NCBI GenBank assembly: GCA_009840065.1 | Contig: VXON01000132.1 | Location: 747 to 24,746 of the forward strand | Direction of reading: 5' to 3' | Origin: Cenarchaeum sp. SB0662_bin_33 | GTDB lineage: Archaea; Thermoproteota; Nitrososphaeria; Nitrososphaerales; Nitrosopumilaceae | Length of the DNA: 24,000 bases | In this document: in pieces, positions 8,737-17,148 of the stretch | Layout of the letters: each line of letters starts with the position of its first letter | How positions within the stretch are numbered: position 1 is the first letter of the stretch | The notes under the pieces: model-generated | Databases searched by the model: none | Seen by the model: the letters and a program-made list of their open reading frames with translations, nothing else | Told to the model about the DNA's origin: nothing | Program-made: the position numbers and the translations under genes

Positions 8737-9735
8737 ATGGCACAGACATGGAAAGACAATGACATTACTCTAGATAGCATAAAAGGGCAGACAATCTCGG
8801 TTCTCGGATATGGCATACAGGGCTCGGCCCAAGCCAGCAACATGAGGGACTCTGGACTTGATGTCGTGGTGGGGCTCAAAAGAGAGAGCGCCAGCTGGCC
8901 AAAGGCCGTATCTGATGGTCACAAGGTATTGGAGACATCCGATGCCTGTAGGCAGGGCGATATCATACATGTCCTTATGCCCGACATGGTACAGTCTGAT
9001 GCATACAGGACGGATATAGAACCCCACCTGACAGAGAAGAAGGCGCTGGCATTCTCGCATGGCGCCGCCATCCACTGGGGGTGGATCAAGGCTCCGGAGA
9101 ACGTCGATATCATAATGGTGGCGCCAAAGGGTCCCGGCTCCAAGGTGCGCGAGACATACATGGAGGGCTTTGGGACCCCGTCGATAGTTGCAGTCCATCA
9201 GGACTATACTGGAACCGCCTGGGACCGCACATTAGCCATCGGCAAGGCAATAGGCAGTGCCCGGGCTGGCCTTATCGGTACCACGTTCAAGGAAGAGGTG
9301 GAGACGGATTGGTTTGGCGAACAGGCCGACCTGTGTGGCGGAGCCGCATCAATGGTCACCAACGCTTTTGAGACACTTGTTGATGCCGGCTACCAGCCAG
9401 AGATTGCCTACTTTGAGGTGCTCCATGAGTTAAAACTGATAGTCGATATGATACAGAGGTATGGCATAAACGGCATGTGGAACCGCGTAAGTGAGACTGC
9501 TAGGTATGGTGGCCTGACCCGGGGACCTCTGATCATGGACGCGGCCAGCAAGGAGCGCATGAAGAGGGTACTGGACATGATACAGGATGGCACGTTCAAC
9601 GAGGAGTGGGTCGGAGAGTATAAGAAGAACGGACGTAACTCCTTTGATCGCTATATGAAGAAGATTGACGAACACCAGATAGAGCAAGTGGGCCGCCGCA
9701 TGCGCAAGATGATGTGGCCCGACTCTACCGAATAA
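8737..9735 (+). CDS. ilvC: ketol-acid reductoisomerase (class I)
   Basis: 332 aa with the Rossmann motif VLGYGIQGSAQASNMRDSG, plus ...FSHG..I... and EEVETDWFGEQADLCGG, all typical of KARI. Confidence 0.95.
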   Translation: MAQTWKDNDITLDSIKGQTISVLGYGIQGSAQASNMRDSGLDVVVGLKRESASWPKAVSDGHKVLETSDACRQGDIIHVLMPDMVQSDAYRTDIEPHLTEKKALAFSHGAAIHWGWIKAPENVDIIMVAPKGPGSKVRETYMEGFGTPSIVAVHQDYTGTAWDRTLAIGKAIGSARAGLIGTTFKEEVETDWFGEQADLCGGAASMVTNAFETLVDAGYQPEIAYFEVLHELKLIVDMIQRYGINGMWNRVSETARYGGLTRGPLIMDAASKERMKRVLDMIQDGTFNEEWVGEYKKNGRNSFDRYMKKIDEHQIEQVGRRMRKMMWPDSTE

Positions 9736-9739
9736 ACAA

Positions 9740-10147
9740 CTAAATTTTTCTTAATTCGGACACACCCTTCTGGATGTGTTCAATAATATTTGGCAATGGG
9801 GTGCCCGGCCCAAAGACCCTGTCAATACCCGACTCTATTAATTTTGGATAGTCTGCCTGGGGTATAACACCGCCCCCTATGACTAATACATCATCCATCT
9901 GCTTTTCACGAATCTTTGTAACCACCCTAGGAAAGAGTGTATTGTGTGCCCCATTCAGCAGACTCATGGCCACTGCGTCCACATCCTCATCTTCTGCCAT
10001 CTGTGCCACCCTATCAGGTGTGGCAAACAGTCCTGAATATATCACCTCCATGCCGGCATCACGAAATGCCCTGCACAATACCAAGGCTCCCCGGTCATGG
10101 CCATCCAAGCCCAACTTTGCAACTAGAACCTTTATGCTCCTATCCAT
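9740..10147 (-). CDS. methylmalonyl-CoA mutase, B12-binding (C-terminal/small) subunit
   Basis: 135 aa. KVLVAKLGLDGHDRGALVL contains the DxHxxG cobalamin-binding motif, and the rest has the layout of a stand-alone archaeal MCM small subunit. Confidence 0.85.
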   Translation of the reverse strand: MDRSIKVLVAKLGLDGHDRGALVLCRAFRDAGMEVIYSGLFATPDRVAQMAEDEDVDAVAMSLLNGAHNTLFPRVVTKIREKQMDDVLVIGGGVIPQADYPKLIESGIDRVFGPGTPLPNIIEHIQKGVSELRKI

Positions 10148-10196
10148 ATCTCTTTTATTGTGATTCGCTTAAAATGCTTTTCTAAAGTCGATATAT

Positions 10197-11144
10197 TCAG
10201 CCGATGGCCAGCATTCTGTCTATTGCCAAGCGAGCCTTTTTGGCAATATCCTTCTTTACGGTCACATGATACCGATCATGCAACAGCGAATCATGTATCT
10301 TTTGTAGCGTGATCATCTTCATGTACTGACATTCGGCCTTCTCGGATGCTGCAACAAATCTCTTTTGTGGGTTCTGCTTTCTCATTCGATACAAGACTCC
10401 GGTCTCTGTTGCCACTACAAAGTTTTTTGAGCCAGAATTGTTTACATGGTTCATCATACCCTCGGTCGATAACACAGAGACGGCCTTGTTCTGATATGTA
10501 CCCGTCGACATGTCATACAGTATGGGAGTAGTGCAACTGCACTCGGGGTGTATTATAAACTCGGCATCCTCCAGTGTTCTTATCTTTTCATTTACGTCCG
10601 AGGCGCTAATTCCCGCATGAACATGACATTCACCGGCCCAGACGAACATGTTTTTTCTACCCGTTGTCTTGGAGACGTATGAACCTAGAAACATATCAGG
10701 CAGAAACAGTATCTCCCTATCGGCGGGGATTGAGTTCACCACGTTTATTGCGTTGGATGATGTGCAGCAATAGTCGAGCTCGGACTTTATGGCAGCAGTG
10801 GTGTTGACATAGCCCACTGCAACGGCCCCCGGATGATCCTTCTTCCACTCTCTTAGCTCCTGCACTGTAATGGAGTCAGATAGTGAACAGCCTGCCTGTG
10901 TGTCGGGTATAAGCACTCTCTTGTCGGGGCTGATTATGGCTGCAGTCTCTGCCATAAAATGCACGCCACAAAATATAATGACTTTTTGTGGTACTTTTGC
11001 CGCCTGTCTTGAGAGGTTTAGCGAGTCTCCTATAATATCTGCAACATCCTGCACTTCGGGTATCTGGTAGTTGTGGGCTAAAATAACTGCGTCGCGCTCT
11101 TTTTTGAGGCGCTCTATGCTGCGGTTCAGATCCTTAATCTGCAT
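10197..11144 (-). CDS. nadA: quinolinate synthase
   Basis: ILAHNYQIPEVQDVAD..GDSL and FCGVHFMAETA are typical NadA motifs, and conserved Cys residues are present. The ORF track starts at GTG 11147; the adjacent ATG at 11144 is the likelier start. Confidence 0.93.
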   Translation of the reverse strand: MQIKDLNRSIERLKKERDAVILAHNYQIPEVQDVADIIGDSLNLSRQAAKVPQKVIIFCGVHFMAETAAIISPDKRVLIPDTQAGCSLSDSITVQELREWKKDHPGAVAVGYVNTTAAIKSELDYCCTSSNAINVVNSIPADREILFLPDMFLGSYVSKTTGRKNMFVWAGECHVHAGISASDVNEKIRTLEDAEFIIHPECSCTTPILYDMSTGTYQNKAVSVLSTEGMMNHVNNSGSKNFVVATETGVLYRMRKQNPQKRFVAASEKAECQYMKMITLQKIHDSLLHDRYHVTVKKDIAKKARLAIDRMLAIG

Positions 11145-11170
11145 CACATTGTGACTTTATTGTATAGTAA

Positions 11171-11178
11171 TTTAAATA
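11171..11178 (-). promoter_or_regulatory. putative TATA box for nadA
   Basis: The minus strand reads TATTTAAA, about 28-31 nt upstream of the nadA start. It is immediately flanked by the repeated motif AAAGATCGTGCTA (11180-11192). Confidence 0.3.
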
Positions 11179-11257
11179 GAAAGATCGTGCTAAATATTGC
11201 GCCGTTTTGGGCTAAACATGCAATTCTTGCCGCTTTTTAGTCGCATATAGTGATGTC

Positions 11258-11294
11258 GTATAAACCAGATTTTTTTACAATATGAACAGTCAAA
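11258..11294 (+). repeat. repeat copy 1 (direct) of a 27-38-nt element in the nadX-nadA spacer
   Basis: GTATAAACCAGATTTTTTTACAATATGAACAGTCAAA aligns with copy 2 (11401-11438) with 4 mismatches and 1 indel. Confidence 0.85.
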
Positions 11295-11400
11295 TGTGCA
11301 TCTTATTTTATATTAAAAATTAAAATTTTTACAGCGCAGTTTTCATTCAGGATAGCAAGCCGGTGTGTCTATGTAGTGATCAGAGTACAGAAAGTGAATT

Positions 11401-11438
11401 GTATGAACCAAGCTTTTTTCACAATATGAACAGCCAAA
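11401..11438 (+). repeat. repeat copy 2 (direct); also the left arm of a 27-nt inverted repeat with 11840-11866
   Basis: The sequence is GTATGAACCAAGCTTTTTTCACAATATGAACAGCCAAA. Its first 27 nt equal the reverse complement of 11840-11866 with one mismatch. Confidence 0.9.
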
Positions 11439-11839
11439 ATTGAACTCGTAAATGTGGTTAATAATACGTGCGCAGAATGCCCAATTGTGTGATAAAATTC
11501 CTATTGTAATATACCTAATTATCGGTAGCAGGGGCCGGACCGATAACCCTGCACAACTCATCCCAGACGTTGAGTTTGCGTAGTTTCCATGTTTCAACAC
11601 AACTGAGCATTATGCAGTGGTGGTTATTGCATTTATCGCTATTATTGCATCTTTTTTATTTATCTCTGCATCTTTTTGGTCTATTGTTGTTTTAATTCTT
11701 GAATCCGTTGTTCATATTAAAGTCCTCTCAGATACATCTCTTACACCTTGATCAACACGTGAATATATTATTATAAATAAAGATCGTGCTATAAGTATTT
11801 CAATTTCTGTTGTAAAATAAAATGTTTGTTGGTTTAATT

Positions 11840-11866
11840 ATATTGTGAAAAAAGCTTGGTTCGTAC
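11840..11866 (-). repeat. repeat copy 3 (inverted orientation)
   Basis: The reverse complement GTACGAACCAAGCTTTTTTCACAATAT matches 11401-11427 with one mismatch (C/T at position 4). Confidence 0.9.
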
Positions 11867-12013
11867 GAAAAAATTAACCCAATCTGAAAATTTGTATGTC
11901 TACTAACCTTTACTTATAATTTAATTATTTATAATACACAGTACCCGATAGGTTACTAAAAAGTGGAATAAAATTCCTACAAAAATCTAGAATATTAATA
12001 GAAATATTTCTAT

Positions 12014-12841
12014 TTACGAGCCAACTATAATTCCACGAGCACAATACTTGTACAGTGTGTTAATGGCAGACAGTGCCGCCAGCCTGCTGGTCTTTGGATT
12101 GCCGGGGTCCGGAATGTTTTGCAGTGTAAACCTCATTGTGCCAAAACTTCCATGAGCCTGTATTGTGTGTGTGTTGGTTTTGATTTGCGGGTCTGCCTTT
12201 ACCGTAACGGATACGGGTCTCCCTGCCGCCATGGAGACCGAGGCCGCCACATTAACATTAAATGGGAAGAGTCGTACAGCATCAACAGCACTACCTTGGA
12301 ATAGTGTTGTTATACCATCTGTAATATCATCCGCGCTTGTGTCTGACTGTGCAAAGTATGGTGCATCCTTTAGTGATGCAGGGTTCTTTGTGGTTGTAAT
12401 GCTTATCTCCTTTATCTCATCTCGGGCAGAATATATGGCATCCAAGCCCCCCACCGCCCCCGAGGGTATGTAAACCCTGCTTCCAAACTCTCTTGATGCC
12501 TGAGACAAGACTTCATGTATGGTATTATCCAGCAGAGCACCTGTACTCATTATTATTATATCCCGACGGTTTTGTATTACGCTTAATGCAACATCTCTAA
12601 CGGCATCCTGTGATGCCGCCTCCACTACTATGTCTATCGGTGGATAAGAGAGTAGGTGTGCATTCTGGCTAATCTCCGGCTTTGATTTCAAACTGGATAC
12701 CAAGTTGACTGCTGCCGGTTTCGATGCATCATATACGCGCTCTAGTTTGGCCGGAATGCGGCCCGAATCAATTGCCAGCGCCAGCTGTGTGCCTATAAAT
12801 CCACAACCTAGTATGGCAACCTTCTTGAGGGGTCGCGACAT
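12014..12841 (-). CDS. nadX: L-aspartate dehydrogenase (NAD biosynthesis)
   Basis: N-terminal Rossmann motif VAILGCGFIGTQLA and the central PSGAVGGLDAI motif of the aspartate dehydrogenase (DUF108) family. It is co-directional with nadA. ATG at 12841 (GTG at 12844 in the ORF track). Confidence 0.85.
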   Translation of the reverse strand: MSRPLKKVAILGCGFIGTQLALAIDSGRIPAKLERVYDASKPAAVNLVSSLKSKPEISQNAHLLSYPPIDIVVEAASQDAVRDVALSVIQNRRDIIIMSTGALLDNTIHEVLSQASREFGSRVYIPSGAVGGLDAIYSARDEIKEISITTTKNPASLKDAPYFAQSDTSADDITDGITTLFQGSAVDAVRLFPFNVNVAASVSMAAGRPVSVTVKADPQIKTNTHTIQAHGSFGTMRFTLQNIPDPGNPKTSRLAALSAINTLYKYCARGIIVGS

Positions 12842-12845
12842 CACA

Positions 12846-13232
12846 TCATTCCTTTATGAATACTGCATTGACTACGCCATCCTGTCCTGGTCTTGATACC
12901 ACGCGGCAGGTTCCCTCCTCTGTCTCAAGAACTGCTCCACGGGTTATGACACCCCGGCGCTGGTAGTCGTTGTTTGTGGGATTTGCCAATACCTTGAGTA
13001 TCTTTGATTTTATGACGGTGTCACCAACCCCTGCCAAATTTACAAATTCGGCAGTCTTTAGAGCCGTCTTGGAGTGGGCGCCCCGTGTTCTTCTGGTGAC
13101 GGTTAACTGTTCGTCCCTAGCCAACGCTTCGTTTGGGTACCTGTTCATCTCGTACTTGCGGCGTATACGCAGGGGGTGCCTGCGTCCTCCAGTTAGCTTG
13201 CTGGTGGCTAGATTCTCCACAGATTTTCTCAT
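12846..13232 (-). CDS. rps8e: 30S ribosomal protein S8e
   Basis: 128 aa, basic N-terminus (GGRRHPLRIRRKYE) and C-terminal ...NNDYQRRGVITRGAVLETE...RVVSRPGQDGVVNAV, typical of archaeal S8e. Confidence 0.9.
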   Translation of the reverse strand: MRKSVENLATSKLTGGRRHPLRIRRKYEMNRYPNEALARDEQLTVTRRTRGAHSKTALKTAEFVNLAGVGDTVIKSKILKVLANPTNNDYQRRGVITRGAVLETEEGTCRVVSRPGQDGVVNAVFIKE

Positions 13233-13265
13233 GTGTACAAGACCACATACCTCTAATTTAAAGCG

Positions 13266-13778
13266 TCACCTTCTCATCCGCGCAAACAGTCTTCGTTTTA
13301 GATCCTGAGAGTCGTGTATGCCAAAGTAGCTACCAAACTTATCTGTAGTGTTGTATATCTTTAGCCTGCCCGCCTCCTGATAGGTTACAAAACCCAGCCG
13401 CCTTAGCTCCTTGAGATGCGCATATACGCCATTACCTCTAGTCTCCAACAACTGCTTGGTTGAGACCGGCTGCATGTATGCAATATATGATAGTGTCTTT
13501 TGCATGGCCTTGGACAACAATGGTTGTGAGGCAAATTTACGGACAACCTCACTGTACTCGTGCTTCAACTGCAGGACATATGTCTCGTCCGGAAGCTGGG
13601 CCACCTCTAGCGCCTCCATGTGCTTGCCCACCCTCTTTATTATATCATTGAGCATGCTGATGGTCTGCGCTTTTGATCCCGTACCCGATACCCGTATCAG
13701 CTCGGATATATCCAGTGGCCTGCCGGCTGCATACAGTGCCGCCTCAAGTTTGGCAACAGGTTTTGTGTCATCTGTCAT
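13266..13778 (-). CDS. scpB: segregation and condensation protein B
   Basis: 170 aa. LEAALYAAGRPLDISEL is the hallmark N-terminal ScpB winged-helix motif, and a second wHTH region follows (TLSYIAYMQPVSTKQL). Confidence 0.85.
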   Translation of the reverse strand: MTDDTKPVAKLEAALYAAGRPLDISELIRVSGTGSKAQTISMLNDIIKRVGKHMEALEVAQLPDETYVLQLKHEYSEVVRKFASQPLLSKAMQKTLSYIAYMQPVSTKQLLETRGNGVYAHLKELRRLGFVTYQEAGRLKIYNTTDKFGSYFGIHDSQDLKRRLFARMRR

Positions 13779-13784
13779 TATACG

Positions 13785-14861
13785 CTATGGACTGATGATA
13801 GCTCTTCCAGTTATTTTATGGTTTTTAAGATCAATTAGGGCATCATTTGCCTCTGACAGTGAATATCTCCTTGATATCATGGGATTTATCTTACCTTTCC
13901 TTACCAAGTCCAGCAGTTCTATCATGTCCCTGTAGCTTCCTGTATATGCCCCTTGTATGGTGATGGCTTTCAGTGGTATGGTGACCAACGACAGGTTGAG
14001 CAAGCCCCCATACAACCCAACCAGTACAATACTGCCCCGTTTGCGCAAAATATCCATGCCCATCTTGGCAGTGATGGATGAATTTACAAAGTCCACTACA
14101 CTGTCTGCTCCCTTGCCATCGCATATCTCTATTATGTCCCTTATGGCGTTCTCGGATTTGGATATTATTGTGTGATGGGCGCCCATCTCTCTGGCGGTCT
14201 CTAGCTTCTTTGTGTCCAAATCTACACATATTATGGTGGCATCTGTTATGGCATGAGCTATTTGCACGCCCATAAGTCCCAAACCACCTGCCCCCACAAT
14301 AACTATGTAACGGGGAGCATTGATGCTAGCCTTCTTTATTGCAGTATACGCCGTAAGCCCCGAGCAGGCCAAGGATGTAGCAGACTCCACATTCACGCTT
14401 CCCAGTCTTGCCAGATATTTGTGGTGTGGTACCAGTATGTAGTCTGCATATCCACCATCCTGAAAGACTCCTAGGGAGCGGGGCGCATCACATAGATTCT
14501 CATTATCTGCCTCGCACGCGGGGCACTTGCCGCATCCAATCCATGGATATACCAAGACCTTCTCACCGACTGCATAGTCTCCCGCATCAGGGCCGCTTTG
14601 ATGTATGGTACCGACTATCTCATGGCCGGGCGTAACCGGATACTTTACCCCCCTATCTGTGACTTTCATGACCGTTCCATCCCCCATATCGTATCCCCCC
14701 TCCCACAGGTGGAGATCACTGTGACACACACCCGTGGCCAAGACTTTGATTAATACCTGCGACTCTTTGGGAGACGGATTTTTCGACTCTACCAGTTCTA
14801 GAGGCTCGCCGGGACCGGGTATTCGTGCAGACTTCATGGAATTAGAAAATTTATCTTTCAT
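13785..14861 (-). CDS. zinc-dependent alcohol dehydrogenase (MDR superfamily)
   Basis: Motifs GVCHSDLHLWEG, GHEIVG, the structural-zinc CGKCPACE and the NAD-binding VGAGGLG. The start is set at the internal ATG 14861 (alternative 14837); the 57-codon upstream extension to 15032 is Cys-rich and unlike the family. Confidence 0.85.
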   Translation of the reverse strand: MKDKFSNSMKSARIPGPGEPLELVESKNPSPKESQVLIKVLATGVCHSDLHLWEGGYDMGDGTVMKVTDRGVKYPVTPGHEIVGTIHQSGPDAGDYAVGEKVLVYPWIGCGKCPACEADNENLCDAPRSLGVFQDGGYADYILVPHHKYLARLGSVNVESATSLACSGLTAYTAIKKASINAPRYIVIVGAGGLGLMGVQIAHAITDATIICVDLDTKKLETAREMGAHHTIISKSENAIRDIIEICDGKGADSVVDFVNSSITAKMGMDILRKRGSIVLVGLYGGLLNLSLVTIPLKAITIQGAYTGSYRDMIELLDLVRKGKINPMISRRYSLSEANDALIDLKNHKITGRAIISP

Positions 14862-15076
14862 ATAATAGTTGATTTTTGCAGATGGGGTGTATGGGCAACA
14901 TGTTAAATGTATAGGGTGGGACAGAGACGGCCATGGGGTTTCGGCCAGCTTGAGAGAAAAATCCATCAAGGTATGACAGCAACATAACAGTACATCACTG
15001 ATTGCCAGACCGCATGTGGTAAGCGATAACACGTGTGCAGGGGAACCTTATTATAAATTAATTTCAACAAATTGAC

Positions 15077-15397
15077 ATGAATGTTGAATATACTGAATTT
15101 GACAGCATAAAAGATGTCTTTATGTTACTTGCCTCAGCGGCTGCACCCATGAAAAATACACTACCAATAAACTCGTACAAGGGATACCTGATGTCATTTA
15201 TACCACTGTCGCCCAATGCCGATAGTTTTCTTATGGTGTATGCTGTAGGATCTTTGGAACCAGGAATCTATGAGTTTGATGTCTCAACAGGCGAGCATCG
15301 CCAAGTGGAGTCAGTTGAGCGTGCCGACAAGATGTACTTTGTTGTCCTGACACCAAAACGCAGCACCATTGCGGACAAGGCCCTAGCCAATATTTAG
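15077..15397 (+). CDS. hypothetical protein (106 aa)
   Basis: ATG-initiated ORF divergent from the alcohol dehydrogenase, with no motif I recognise. Its stop overlaps the stop of the radical SAM gene (TTAG). Confidence 0.4.
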   Translation: MNVEYTEFDSIKDVFMLLASAAAPMKNTLPINSYKGYLMSFIPLSPNADSFLMVYAVGSLEPGIYEFDVSTGEHRQVESVERADKMYFVVLTPKRSTIADKALANI

Positions 15398-16971
15398 AGT
15401 TTCTTTGTCTGCATACGTGGGGCAGAGACGGAACGGCTTTTTGAATATTTTTCTATTATCTCGTCGGGTGTGCGACCATTAAAGAGATCCTTGCAGAGTC
15501 CCCTCAGATATCTCATTATGGCCCAGGTTCCAGCCTTGATTATGCCGTACATAAACACCTTCATGGGCGGACCATACGTCTTGTTGCGCAGTATAATGGG
15601 AATAATATCGTTGATTACCCGTAGGTTGTTCTCCCAGCATCGCCAGAATAATGTAAACTGGGCCTCGTTCAGGTTACCAAAGTGCATAGAGTTCTTCTCA
15701 CTAAAGTCCTGGTATAAGAGCGGTGCCACCAGTCCCCTAAAGTCCATAGTACGAAAGTCATCCATCATGTCTATGGTATATTGTATATCTTCTGGAGTCT
15801 CATCCGGCCACCCGATTATTATGGTAGCCGCGGGGAACCAATGGTTTTTGTTAAGTATGGCCGCCCCTTCCCTGACCACACTGCCCCATTCCTCGTATGA
15901 GAACGGCCTGGTTTTGACCCCCAGATGCTTTCTTACCATCTTGGGGGATACTGTCTCTATTCCCAGATTTGTGGCAAGCCATCTTCCGGACTCATGCTGC
16001 CGGTTTATGTCTGCTATCTGGTACATCAAATCCGGATCCGCTGCAACTGCCGAGAATGTCATGTGTGTAGTACCTACAAAATTGGCGCCCATATTCTTCA
16101 TGCCCCTCCACAGTTCTGTAATGGCATCCTTATTGGGTATAAAATCCCTATTATCACACCCATACAGAAGCATCTCATCGGAGTGTAGCCATATAGAATC
16201 AAAGCCATAATCCAGATTTATCTTTGCCTCGGCCTGGAGTCTTTCTATTGGGAGGTCTTTCTTGGAGCGCTTGTTAACATCGCAAAAGTCACATCCCCGA
16301 CCACATCCGCGCATGGCCTCAATCAACGAGTTAACTGTCGGCCCCTTTATCCGGGGTATGTTCTGTATATTTTTGACAAAGCAGTGCATCATTTCGGGGG
16401 CATCACCCTTCTCCATATCATAAAATAGATCCAAGGCCAGTTCGTCCGCCTCTCCCACAACAACAGTGTCTATACCATGTATCCTCATTCGGTCAGTCTT
16501 TGCCAGCTCCCAAGCCCCATTTCCGCCCACCACCACATGAAAGTCGTACTTTTTCTTTAACTGAATTATTGAGGCGCACATCTTTTTGAACTTCATGGCC
16601 ACATACGACAATTTTTCTGGTGACATTGTGGTGGTAACCGGCGCCATTCCCAATGGGTCCATGACATTGATTCCCACTACCTTGGTGTCCGGGCCTATTA
16701 CCTTATCTAGATGGTCTGGGTTGGCCACAAATATCTCGTCGCGCTTATACCCTTGAAGCAGAGCAGCCTCTACGCGTCGCAGTCCGACCTGCGCAACCTT
16801 GGCCTCGCCGGTCCGGGGATCTGTCTCTACGGCGGGGCAGAATACCTTATCAAACACCCATTCAGGCAGAACCTCGTAAGGACCACATGCGATAAAACCA
16901 TACAAAAAGTTTCCACGATAGTTAGTCATCAGACTACGGTCGGCCGTGAGAACTATCCGTTTTCCAACCAT
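15394..16971 (-). CDS. B12-binding-domain-like / radical SAM protein (archaeal family, function not assignable from sequence)
   Basis: 525 aa. The N-terminal Rossmann-like domain (VVVGGNGAWELA...VVVGEADE) resembles the cobalamin-binding domain of class B radical SAM enzymes. It is followed by the CxxxCxxC cluster motif CGRGCDFC. Confidence 0.85.
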   Translation of the reverse strand: MVGKRIVLTADRSLMTNYRGNFLYGFIACGPYEVLPEWVFDKVFCPAVETDPRTGEAKVAQVGLRRVEAALLQGYKRDEIFVANPDHLDKVIGPDTKVVGINVMDPLGMAPVTTTMSPEKLSYVAMKFKKMCASIIQLKKKYDFHVVVGGNGAWELAKTDRMRIHGIDTVVVGEADELALDLFYDMEKGDAPEMMHCFVKNIQNIPRIKGPTVNSLIEAMRGCGRGCDFCDVNKRSKKDLPIERLQAEAKINLDYGFDSIWLHSDEMLLYGCDNRDFIPNKDAITELWRGMKNMGANFVGTTHMTFSAVAADPDLMYQIADINRQHESGRWLATNLGIETVSPKMVRKHLGVKTRPFSYEEWGSVVREGAAILNKNHWFPAATIIIGWPDETPEDIQYTIDMMDDFRTMDFRGLVAPLLYQDFSEKNSMHFGNLNEAQFTLFWRCWENNLRVINDIIPIILRNKTYGPPMKVFMYGIIKAGTWAIMRYLRGLCKDLFNGRTPDEIIEKYSKSRSVSAPRMQTKKL

Positions 16972-17148
16972 AACAAATTCTAATCAATCATTAATATATA
17001 TCAGTAGTGCTGTTTTTAACCACAACATTACTATCATGATTGGCTAGGTGTCAGTCCCCTGCCTGTACATCAGATGGCTTTGTGGAAATTTAATATTAAT
17101 CTGCCATGCGCAGTAGGCTTTAATTGCCATCTGAAATGTATTGGTATT

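Larger units (their letters stand above)
11401..11866. mobile_element. possible MITE-like non-autonomous element (466 bp bounded by 27-nt imperfect terminal inverted repeats)
   Basis: Inverted repeat 11401-11427/11840-11866 (26 of 27 match) with an AT-rich, non-coding interior. It sits between two genes of one pathway (nadX, nadA). No clear target-site duplication is visible, so this remains tentative. Confidence 0.35.

Noticed and set aside
11343-11600. 85-aa minus-strand ORF inside the nadX-nadA spacer
   Set aside because: It crosses the repeat copy at 11401-11438. It sits in a very AT-rich, repeat-laden context and encodes a peptide with no recognisable motif.
13785-15032. Full 415-aa version of the alcohol dehydrogenase ORF, with a 57-aa Cys-rich N-terminal extension
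   Set aside because: MDR dehydrogenases begin near the MK..R motif found at the internal Met codons (14861/14837). The extension is probably just open upstream frame.
15470-16210. 246-aa plus-strand ORF
   Set aside because: It lies antisense within the radical SAM gene, which carries the clear CxxxCxxC motif. No motif of its own.
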